Below, in pieces: positions 36,609 through 44,575 of a stretch of DNA of 64,000 bases (positions are counted from its first letter, which is position 1; each line of letters begins with the position of its first letter). The DNA comes from an uncultured Gammaproteobacteria bacterium (GTDB taxonomy: Bacteria; Patescibacteriota; Patescibacteriia; 2-01-FULL-39-33). The stretch covers positions 127,652-191,651 of the forward strand of contig CAZEKG010000001.1 in NCBI GenBank assembly GCA_964512625.1. Direction: 5' to 3'. The notes under the pieces are model-generated. The model did no database searches, was not told the DNA's origin, and was given only the letters and a program-made list of their open reading frames with translations. The position numbers were made by a program, and so were the translations under genes.

Positions 36609-38526
36609 AGCTTACTTTTTTTACGGTTTGAGTTAGTCTCGGATCACTAGGATTGTCATACGGGACATTATAATACTGAAGGATAAATTTGGCAATATCC
36701 CCAAAAACCGGAGCGGCAACCAATTCGCCTAAGCTAGCGGTTCTTGGCCGATCAATTCTAACTAGCATTACGAATTTCGGGTCATTAAAAGGAGCATAAC
36801 CGATAAAAGATCCGATCGTGGCATTAGCGTCATATTTACCGTCCGTATTAGCTACTTGAGCCGTTCCCGTCTTACCAGCCACGCGATAACCCGGAACTCC
36901 TGCTTTTTTTCCATGGCCGTTCTCAACGACGCTGACCATCATGGCTCCCGCCATAGACGCCGCTTTAGAAGAAATTACTTGGCGGATAATTTTCGGCTCA
37001 ATATTAGTAACCTTCTTTTCCGGCGAAATAATTTGAGAAACTATATAAGGCTTCATCAATTTACCGCCATTAGCGATCATAGCGATCGCATTAACCATTT
37101 GAAGTGGGGTAGCCGTTAAGCCTTGCCCGAAAGAACCGGTAGCTGCATAAATCTCAGCACCTGATTTAAGATTATTAATATTACCGGGCATCTCCTTATC
37201 AAGCTCAATACCTGTAACATCCCCAAAGCCTGAATCTTTGATATATTTATAAAAAACTTTCGGCGTTATTTGACGCATAGCATAGATAACGCCGGTATTT
37301 ATGGAATTCTCTAAGACCTGGGTCATACTCTGACGGCCGTAAACCTTATTTTCAAAATTTCTAATCGTATTGGGACCGATCTTAACCGAACCAGTATCCT
37401 CATATGTTGTTTCCGGGGTAATCTTGCCCGCGTCTAAAGCGTATGCTAAGGTCAAAGGCTTAAAAATCGAGCCCGGCTCATAGGCACTATAAATCGCCGG
37501 ATTATTATAAACATTAGGATCTTCAACCTCATTATATTTATCCGGATTATAATCAGGATTACTACACATAGCAATAATAGCGCCCGTCTTCGGTTCCATA
37601 ACTACAATTACTCCGCCATCAGCTTTAGAGTTTTTAACAGCAAAGAAAAGAGTTTGGCAAACTTTATATTGGATAGCCCTATCGATTGTTAAAACTAAAT
37701 CAGAACCATCAACCTTCTCTTGAAACTTATTATTGCCGATAGCGATAATATTGCCCCTATTATCTTTTTCTGATTGGATTAGGCCTGATTTACCTGCTAA
37801 TAAGGCGTCAAAACTGCCTTCAAGACCGTAAATGCCTTTACGTTCATCATTTTTAATACCCCAAAAACCGAGGATTTGTCCGCCCATGTTTTGTTCGGAA
37901 TAATAACGCCAAGCCTCTTTCTTAAAATAAAATCCCCTTATCCCTGAAGCTTTGACTTTTTCCGATTGAGCATCGCTGATTTTATGTTTAATAGCGAGAT
38001 ATTGGCTTTCCTTATTAGAAAACTTGGTTGTCCATTTCTCTATTTCTTTATTTTTTTGATCCTCATACCAAGCATCCAACCTCGTTTTTAAAATCTCTGC
38101 CCTAAGCTTCGGATCAAGTTCGGCCGACAAATCCTTGGATAATTCTTTTTCTGCAGCTATACGATCAATGCTCTCCGGCAAACCGAAAATAGCAAAAATC
38201 AGTTCAGCCGCCGCTTTTGGATCTTCTATTTCCCTTGGTACGGCATAAAGCATGTCGAGTTCCTGATTACTAACTAAAGGAAATAAACTTGATTTATTGC
38301 CGTCCTTATCTAAAACATAAATCGAGCCTCGCTCGGGAAAAAGCTTTTTATAAAGCTCATGCTGGCCGGCAGCCAAAGCGGCATAAGCCGAACCCTGAAG
38401 AACTTGAAGATTAAAAAGCTGAATAATAACTGCCAAAACTAATAAGATAAAAAGATAGCCTAAGATTTTAATTCTTAGACCTTCGGCGCTTTCCCTCTTG
38501 TTTAGGAATGAGGATCCGATGCGCAT
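36589..38526 (-). CDS. ftsI: penicillin-binding protein (class B transpeptidase, FtsI/PBP2-type)
   Basis: N-terminal TM and dimerisation domain; transpeptidase motifs SxxK (SIFK), SxN (SIN), KTGT (KTGTA). Confidence 0.85.
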   Translation of the reverse strand: MRIGSSFLNKRESAEGLRIKILGYLFILLVLAVIIQLFNLQVLQGSAYAALAAGQHELYKKLFPERGSIYVLDKDGNKSSLFPLVSNQELDMLYAVPREIEDPKAAAELIFAIFGLPESIDRIAAEKELSKDLSAELDPKLRAEILKTRLDAWYEDQKNKEIEKWTTKFSNKESQYLAIKHKISDAQSEKVKASGIRGFYFKKEAWRYYSEQNMGGQILGFWGIKNDERKGIYGLEGSFDALLAGKSGLIQSEKDNRGNIIAIGNNKFQEKVDGSDLVLTIDRAIQYKVCQTLFFAVKNSKADGGVIVVMEPKTGAIIAMCSNPDYNPDKYNEVEDPNVYNNPAIYSAYEPGSIFKPLTLAYALDAGKITPETTYEDTGSVKIGPNTIRNFENKVYGRQSMTQVLENSINTGVIYAMRQITPKVFYKYIKDSGFGDVTGIELDKEMPGNINNLKSGAEIYAATGSFGQGLTATPLQMVNAIAMIANGGKLMKPYIVSQIISPEKKVTNIEPKIIRQVISSKAASMAGAMMVSVVENGHGKKAGVPGYRVAGKTGTAQVANTDGKYDANATIGSFIGYAPFNDPKFVMLVRIDRPRTASLGELVAAPVFGDIAKFILQYYNVPYDNPSDPRLTQTVKKVSYGQENP

Positions 38527-38529
38527 ATT

Positions 38530-38904
38530 TTACTTTCTTAACGCTACGACCTGATCGCTATAGTTTATGATTTCAACCCCGTTAGAAGCTACTAAATTAA
38601 GCTTAGGCACTTTTGAGACGACATTAGACATTGATTGCAAGCTGACATAAGTTAATTTTGCTTTCTTATTCTCATTTTGGAGTTCAGCCACCTGCCTTTC
38701 AAGGTCTTTAATGACATAGCCTTTGGTCGCCGTATAATTAGTTTGGAGTAAATAAGCTAAGCCGAAAATAAAAGACAAAGCAATCATAAAATAAGAAAGC
38801 CTTTGCCAGTTTGAAAACCAACTGAATAAACTGAACAATCCTCGACGGCGATTAAGCTCGGGGAAATGATGATTGCATTTTTCTTTTCGCCAGAATTTAC
38901 ACAT
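38530..38904 (-). CDS. ftsL: cell division protein FtsL-like
   Basis: Small bitopic protein (TM followed by coiled-coil) in the conserved position between rsmH and ftsI. Confidence 0.6.
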   Translation of the reverse strand: MCKFWRKEKCNHHFPELNRRRGLFSLFSWFSNWQRLSYFMIALSFIFGLAYLLQTNYTATKGYVIKDLERQVAELQNENKKAKLTYVSLQSMSNVVSKVPKLNLVASNGVEIINYSDQVVALRK

Positions 38905-38933
38905 GGAAAGAAGATACTTCGCGATTTAATATT

Positions 38934-39842
38934 TTAAATTTTCTCAATCACTCTTAACTTGGCGCTGCGGCTTCTCGGATTAGACTCGATTTCCTCGCTA
39001 GAAGGATAGATCGGCTTCTTAGTAATTAATTTAACCCGCGAATCCTCCGCCTTAGCCATTTCCCGAAACATATGCTTAACGATCCGATCCTCTCCCGAAT
39101 GGAAAGTGATAATAGCTAAGCGGCCGCCCGAAGACAAGACTTCGACAGCTTCCGGAATGGCTTTTCTGATGTTGCCAAATTCGTCGTTGACGGCGATCCT
39201 TAAAGCTTGAAAAACCTTGGTAGCCGGGTTTTTCCGAGAGGGCTTTTTATAGCGTCTTTTATAGACGCGGGAGACTAGCTGGACAAGCATTTCAGCCGTC
39301 TCTATTTTTTCGCCTTGTTCTCGCAATTTTATGATTTCTTTGGCTAGAGGCCAAGCCAAAGGATCGTCGCCAAACTCCTTAAATATTTCAAATAACTCTT
39401 TCTGATTATAACTAGTCAATATCTCCGCCGCCGTTAAGTCGCCTGATTGCGGATTAAACCTTAAATCTAAATATCCCTGGTCATTAAAACTGAATCCTCT
39501 GCCAGAATCTGCTAATTGATCTGAGGATAAGCCTAAATCAAGAAGAACACCATCAATCTTATCCATTATCCCGTCTTTTTTTAACCTTAAATATATTTCC
39601 TTAAGATTTTTATAGTTGTCATTGACGAGAATCAAGTTATCGCTAATACTGTCTTTCGCCACTTTCGGATCAAGATCAACGCCGATAACTTTTCCTTCCG
39701 GCTTTATTCTATCCATCAGCTCAAGAGAATGGCCGCCGCCGCCAAAAGTTCCGTCAAGATAATTTTTACCTGGCTCCGGCTTTAAGGCTTCTAAAACTTC
39801 CTTAAGCATGACCGGTTCATGAATGGTCGCCATATTAATCAT
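38934..39842 (-). CDS. rsmH: 16S rRNA (cytosine1402-N4)-methyltransferase RsmH (MraW)
   Basis: Conserved N-terminus HEPVMLKEVLE, the GGGGHS SAM site, and genomic context. Confidence 0.9.
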   Translation of the reverse strand: MINMATIHEPVMLKEVLEALKPEPGKNYLDGTFGGGGHSLELMDRIKPEGKVIGVDLDPKVAKDSISDNLILVNDNYKNLKEIYLRLKKDGIMDKIDGVLLDLGLSSDQLADSGRGFSFNDQGYLDLRFNPQSGDLTAAEILTSYNQKELFEIFKEFGDDPLAWPLAKEIIKLREQGEKIETAEMLVQLVSRVYKRRYKKPSRKNPATKVFQALRIAVNDEFGNIRKAIPEAVEVLSSGGRLAIITFHSGEDRIVKHMFREMAKAEDSRVKLITKKPIYPSSEEIESNPRSRSAKLRVIEKI

Positions 39843-40263
39843 TTAAGCCTTCTAATGCTTCCGCTATTTCGCCAGAATTCTTTGCCGCCTCGGCGCTATA
39901 AGCCTTCCACTTATCTTCATCCCAAATTTCCAAATGAGTATAAAGGCCGGCCACGATCGCATTCTTATTTATACCGGCAAATTCTCTAAGATACTCAGGC
40001 AAGATGATCCTGCCCTGCTTATCGAATTCAACTTCCATGGCGCTCGCCAACATAAAGCGGGTAAAAGCGCGGTTATTAGACTTCGTAATCGGAAGGCTAG
40101 AAAATTTTTCCGCCATCTTATCCCATTCTTTTTTCGGATAAAGGACTAAACAATTATCCAAACCCTTAGTTACGACCGCCTTTTTTAATTCAGTCCGAAA
40201 CTTAGCCGGAATAGCCAGTCTACCTTTAACATCTACACTATGGGAATATTGGCCTAGAAACAT
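39835..40263 (-). CDS. mraZ: transcriptional regulator MraZ
   Basis: Start reset to the internal ATG that gives MFLGQYSHSVDVKGRLAIPAKFR, the typical MraZ N-terminus. The track ORF begins at an upstream GTG. Two SpoVT/AbrB-like repeats. Confidence 0.85.
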   Translation of the reverse strand: MFLGQYSHSVDVKGRLAIPAKFRTELKKAVVTKGLDNCLVLYPKKEWDKMAEKFSSLPITKSNNRAFTRFMLASAMEVEFDKQGRIILPEYLREFAGINKNAIVAGLYTHLEIWDEDKWKAYSAEAAKNSGEIAEALEGLND

Positions 40264-40277
40264 AATTTTAGCTTCAG

Positions 40278-40307
40278 TATTTTCACCACTTTTCACCACA
40301 ATTCACC
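40278..40307 (-). promoter_or_regulatory. putative MraZ operator: three tandem 10-bp direct repeats GGTGAAWWNN
   Basis: Minus-strand reading GGTGAATTGT GGTGAAAAGT GGTGAAAATA lies between the -10 and the mraZ start codon. A 10-bp period is typical of MraZ boxes. Confidence 0.55.
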
Positions 40308-40318
40308 TTACATGTTTA

Positions 40319-40347
40319 ATTATAACCCACTGCTTGGGATCTGACAA
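40319..40347 (-). promoter_or_regulatory. Pmra-like promoter TTGTCA-16/17-TTATAAT
   Basis: Minus-strand hexamers at 40342-40347 and 40319-40325. Confidence 0.5.
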
Positions 40348-40450
40348 CACTTCCTAACAATTTTTTAGAATTAAAAAAGCGCCCTTTTTCGGCGTTTTTT
40401 TAATTACGAGTCTTTAATTGGTGGATAACAAGTGGATAAGTAATCCCCTT

Positions 40451-40849
40451 TTAACCGATATTGGGTTCGCGATCATAAACCGGAACAACCGGTTTGAATT
40501 TTTTCTGAGTTTTTAATTTTTTTACAACTTTACCGACTAACTCATTATTATCGCTGAATTCTTTAAGACTTAAGCCGACAACCGGTATTTTAAGCGCGTA
40601 AGCAAGGGTGTTGGCAGAAGCAACACCAATCCGAACTGAGGTAAAACCGCCGGGACCGGTTACGACTCCGAGACCTTTGATCTTTTTTAGTTCTATTTTA
40701 TTTTTTTTCATGGCAGTTTCAACCAATCTTAAGAGATGCTCTGACTGCTTCCTTTCGCCTGTTTTTTTATAAACCTTAAAATCTTTCGCCGTCTTGGCGA
40801 GTATAATAGAGATTTCATTGTCTTTAGCTGTGTTGATGATTAGATGCAT
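40451..40849 (-). CDS. tsaB: TsaB/YeaZ-like protein (N-terminal domain only, truncated form)
   Basis: GVVTGPGGFTSVRIGV motif of the Kae1/TsaB fold. Only 132 aa. Confidence 0.6.
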   Translation of the reverse strand: MHLIINTAKDNEISIILAKTAKDFKVYKKTGERKQSEHLLRLVETAMKKNKIELKKIKGLGVVTGPGGFTSVRIGVASANTLAYALKIPVVGLSLKEFSDNNELVGKVVKKLKTQKKFKPVVPVYDREPNIG

Positions 40850-41038
40850 AGAGTGTGGGGCTAAGGACTAGGAAACAGTACCTTAAAAATAATAAATTTA
40901 ATTACAATTACTTTGGTTACTAGTTACAAGTTGCTAATTTAATTATCTTATCATTTTAATCTTTTTTCGGCAAAATAAAAAATCCCTCGTCTTCCGGGCA
41001 CTCAAGCGTCAAGGAATCCAAGGGATTAAGTCAAGCCG

Positions 41039-41692
41039 TCACGTCAATTTTGGAACGACGACGCGATTACTAAGCTCAGCATCCCGGGCATAGCCACGCT
41101 CAAAGCGACTGACACTAGCACGGAGCTTGCCACTGACAGATAAGTACGCAAAAGCAACGAATAAATGACCATGCGACCAATATAGGAAAAAAGTCGCGCG
41201 ACCATCAAGTCGGAACCAGTCTCGATACTTCCTAGCGAAACCTCTGATCTGGGCCGGCGTAAGACAGAGCCTATCTAAGTCATGAGATAATGAGCCGAAC
41301 ATCTGAGGAAAAGTTCCGTCCCTCTCCAACTCGAGCACCTCGACTTTCGTAGCGAGTGTAGGCTTACCGGGTTCGTCCGCGCCCCAATTACGAAAATCAG
41401 GGTCGATATTTCCGTCGAAGACATCATGAGCACCAATAAATCCTTCCGTCCCGTCGGTCGCGTCGATAATGAGCTCATGATCACCTGAGACTGAGCGGAA
41501 GTAAGGTTTACAATTGACAATAACCTCCGCAATCCGCTTCAGCGTTTGCGCTCCTGCCGGCGTAATTAGACGATAAATATCCTCCATCGTCCCGCCGAGC
41601 TCTTTCACCTTATCTACAAGCAAAGTAATCAGGGATTGAAAAACCCCGGCGCCGGAAATAATCGCTTCCACCTCTTTCTTACTCTTAGCCAT
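41039..41692 (-). CDS. hypothetical protein, GC-rich orphan ORF (cassette d)
   Basis: 217 aa with ~52% GC; RBS AGAGAGGAAG. Confidence 0.5.
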   Translation of the reverse strand: MAKSKKEVEAIISGAGVFQSLITLLVDKVKELGGTMEDIYRLITPAGAQTLKRIAEVIVNCKPYFRSVSGDHELIIDATDGTEGFIGAHDVFDGNIDPDFRNWGADEPGKPTLATKVEVLELERDGTFPQMFGSLSHDLDRLCLTPAQIRGFARKYRDWFRLDGRATFFLYWSHGHLFVAFAYLSVSGKLRASVSRFERGYARDAELSNRVVVPKLT

Positions 41693-41774
41693 GACTTCCT
41701 CTCTTTCGATCAGCCCCTCATTCCAGCACTATGTCGGAACCCCAGGCCAATCTTTGTTGTACAGTACTATCCAA

Positions 41775-41803
41775 TATATATCATTTATTGATCTTTTTGT
41801 CAA
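41775..41803 (-). promoter_or_regulatory. consensus sigma70 promoter TTGACA-17-TATATA driving cassette d
   Basis: Minus-strand hexamers at 41798-41803 and 41775-41780. Confidence 0.55.
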
Positions 41804-41867
41804 TGTTTAGAAAAAATTTAAACTAAAAATTAGCCTAGTCAGGCTAAATAATTTTCGCATTTGTATT

Positions 41868-41905
41868 TGTATTCGTATTTGCGAGCGTTAAAAAATATTG
41901 TGCTG
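41868..41905. repeat. GTATTT-type repeat ending in the 20-mer GTATTTGCGAGCGTTAAAAA (copy B)
   Basis: 20-mer at 41885-41904 identical to 31291-31310; it is preceded by tgtatt units in both copies. Confidence 0.6.
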
Positions 41906-42080
41906 ATTTTTCATGATAGCGAGGCTTAAAAGCCAATTACTTCTGTTGCTATTCTGATAATTGGCTTGCCGAGCGAAATGAAATAATCAGCCATGATTTT
42001 TTACAGCGAGCGATTTTTCTTTTTGTTAGCTTTTTCTTTTCTAAAAAAGAAAAAGTAAAAACAAAGAATTAATAATCAAA

Positions 42081-42369
42081 CTCTCTTTATATACTTGTCA
42101 TCCCGAGGGAGCGCAGCGACCGTGGGGATCCCGTGGAAATATAGTAAGTCTTTAATTGCCTCGGCAAACCCCTCCTAACCTCCCCTTGGTAAGGGGAGGG
42201 GAAATACAACCTGGATTCCCATTTTCACGGGAATAACAACTAAAAAAGACTTGGATAATAATTAAACCAAGTCCATTAAAATTCATTAGACAAAATGTCA
42301 GATTGATATTTCCACGGGATCCTCACGGTCGATTGATTACAATCTCCCTCAGGATGACATTAAAGAGAG
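42081..42369. mobile_element. MITE-like non-autonomous element (~289 bp) with ~60-bp composite terminal inverted repeats
   Basis: Left arm 42081-42142 and right arm 42306-42369 are reverse complements. Outer arm is ctctcttta..gtcatccYgagggag; inner arm is cgaccgtgRggatcccgtggaaatat (25/26 identical). The internal part carries three further hairpins. No ORF. Confidence 0.5.
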
Positions 42370-42469
42370 TCCTTAATTACAAATTACTTATTACTTGCAC
42401 CTTCTGGCATTACTTATTACCTGTTACTTGTTACTTTCGACTTTATGACTTTCGACTCTCCCCCCCCTC

Positions 42470-43849
42470 TTACTTCACATAAACCCTCGTCCCAATATCG
42501 ACCCAATCATAAATAATCTTCGCTTCCGGAGTTTTCATATTGACACAGCCATGACTCATTTGATGTCCGAAATTATTATGCCAATAAGTGCCATGAATCG
42601 TATACGGCCCCTTAAAGGAAGAAACCCAAGGGACTCCCGGAAGATCATAATTGTCCGGATGGTTATACCCGTAATACCCGCTCATCCTAACACTAGCTCG
42701 CTTTAAGAAGATAGAAAATTCGCCCTTAGGCGTCGGATGAGTCCTTAAACCGGAAGAAATCAGGAATTTACCTAATTGATAGCCGTTCTGCCAATATATT
42801 AAAGTTTGCGATTTAAGATCAACTGAAATATATTTATAATCTTTCTCATTCAAAGACTCAAAGATTCGCTCCGGCAAAGTTATAATCTTAACCGAGCCGT
42901 CAGCGTCTTTAATTGACGCGATCTTACCGCCACCCTTATATTCAAACTCATAAGCCAAGAATTGCTTCAATCTCTCCCCTTGGCCGCTAAAAATCCCGAT
43001 TCGCGCCTCGGCCCCGAAGCTCGGCGCCGTTATTATCTCCGCCTTACTGTCGTTATTGATATCGCCGACAGCCGTATTCACTCCGCCGATATAGCCCTCA
43101 TCATAAGCGAAGAATGATTTTAAAATATTAAAATTGCTATCCATAACAAGCACTTCCGGCTTATTGCCGTAACCGTAAGAAACGATTATTTCCGCTCTGC
43201 CGTCGTTATTAATATCTCCAGAAGAAATATTAACGCCGCCGATCGGCTTAATCGGCAAGCCTTTCTTAAAAAATTTACCCTCTTTAAGATAACCGACTTC
43301 CGGATTGCTATTTAAACCGCTGGAAAAGATTATTTCCGCCTGGCCATCTTTATCAATATCACCGGAAGCGATTCGCGCGCCAGAACGCTCTTTTTGAGCA
43401 AAGACGAATTCCTGATAAAGTAGTTGACCATCTTTAAAAACCCGGACATGCGGCCCGCCGCCGAAACCGGGCGCGGTTATTATCTCCGCCTGGCCGTCGC
43501 CGTCATAATCGCCGACCGCCACATTAACGCCGCCCTTGAAACTTTCCGCGTAAGCTAAAAATTCGCTGACAACTTGCCCTTCAAGGTTATAAATCTTGAC
43601 TATCGGGGAATAACCGGCCCCAAAACCGATAACGATTTCATCTCGCCCATCATGATTTACATCACCCGAGGCTAAGCTAACCGTTGAATTAAAATCTTTC
43701 GCTAATGGCAAGAAGCTAGCGGTCTCTTTTCCTGATGCATCAAAAAACTTCAACCAGGGATCAATCCCGGGGATAGCTGCGTAAACCGCTTGGCCTCCCG
43801 CTAAAAATAGCAAAGAAGCCGCGCCGAACATCATTATTTTACGACGCAT
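42470..43849 (-). CDS. secreted FG-GAP/VCBS repeat protein with C-terminal L,D-transpeptidase (YkuD) domain
   Basis: Signal peptide; repeated GDxNxDGxxEI units; C-terminal HGT...SHGCVNM catalytic motif. Confidence 0.75.
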   Translation of the reverse strand: MRRKIMMFGAASLLFLAGGQAVYAAIPGIDPWLKFFDASGKETASFLPLAKDFNSTVSLASGDVNHDGRDEIVIGFGAGYSPIVKIYNLEGQVVSEFLAYAESFKGGVNVAVGDYDGDGQAEIITAPGFGGGPHVRVFKDGQLLYQEFVFAQKERSGARIASGDIDKDGQAEIIFSSGLNSNPEVGYLKEGKFFKKGLPIKPIGGVNISSGDINNDGRAEIIVSYGYGNKPEVLVMDSNFNILKSFFAYDEGYIGGVNTAVGDINNDSKAEIITAPSFGAEARIGIFSGQGERLKQFLAYEFEYKGGGKIASIKDADGSVKIITLPERIFESLNEKDYKYISVDLKSQTLIYWQNGYQLGKFLISSGLRTHPTPKGEFSIFLKRASVRMSGYYGYNHPDNYDLPGVPWVSSFKGPYTIHGTYWHNNFGHQMSHGCVNMKTPEAKIIYDWVDIGTRVYVK

Positions 43850-43852
43850 ATC

Positions 43853-44446
43853 TTAAAGATTATCAATGACGATTATATTCTTACCTTCAAGAAGGTCGTA
43901 AAGGAATTTATCGGTTACATTCTTGCGAAAAAGAAAATCGGCCTTAGGCATGATGGAATAATTGAGCGTTTGCCCCATTTCCTTCTCAAATGTCTTAATT
44001 AAACGAGAAAACTTCGTCTTATCAACACTGCCGACGATGAGCATATCAACCGGGGCGTCTCGGCGTCCGACAAATATACCGGAAAGAAGAAAAAAAGCGA
44101 TGTTGCCGATTTTCTCTATTTTTTGAACTAAGGATTTTTCAACGATGACTTGAGCTTTAATCATTAAAGCGCGTAACTCCTCCACAAAAGGAAAATGAGG
44201 ATTGAGAATATAATAACGTTTATTATCTTTCGGTTCTTTAATACTTTCTTCGGTTTCGACGCCTTCTTTAGTGGCAGAAGTGATGATGCCGATCTCCTCA
44301 AGATTGGCTAGTTCCCGCCTAACCGAATTAAGATGGAGTTCCATGTTGCGCGACATCTCGCGAACGAAAAAAGATTTGTCAGGATTATTAATAAACATCC
44401 TAAGAAGAACGACCCTAGTCTTTGAACCGAATAATTGTTCAAGCAT
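43853..44446 (-). CDS. winged-helix transcriptional regulator with uncharacterised C-terminal domain
   Basis: N-terminal wHTH (RVVLLRMFINNPDKSFFVREMSRNMELHLNSVRRELANLEEIGII). Four-nt spacing to the downstream L,D-transpeptidase gene. Confidence 0.5.
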   Translation of the reverse strand: MLEQLFGSKTRVVLLRMFINNPDKSFFVREMSRNMELHLNSVRRELANLEEIGIITSATKEGVETEESIKEPKDNKRYYILNPHFPFVEELRALMIKAQVIVEKSLVQKIEKIGNIAFFLLSGIFVGRRDAPVDMLIVGSVDKTKFSRLIKTFEKEMGQTLNYSIMPKADFLFRKNVTDKFLYDLLEGKNIIVIDNL

Positions 44447-44575
44447 ATTTTATGATCAAAATTTTAGTAATGGCAGCTAAGCGACTAGAAAGGCGAAAAA
44501 TCCATTTTATCCTCCAAAGCCATTTAACAACTTCTATAAAATATTGTATAATAAATAGAGTTAAGTGTAAAGATA

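Noticed and set aside
40421-40439. Two GTGGATAA direct repeats 11 bp apart upstream of mraZ, initially considered as the MraZ box
   Set aside because: They lie beyond the tsaB terminator, ~120 nt upstream of the Pmra -35. The three GGTGAAWW 10-mers between the -10 and the start codon fit the known operator position much better.
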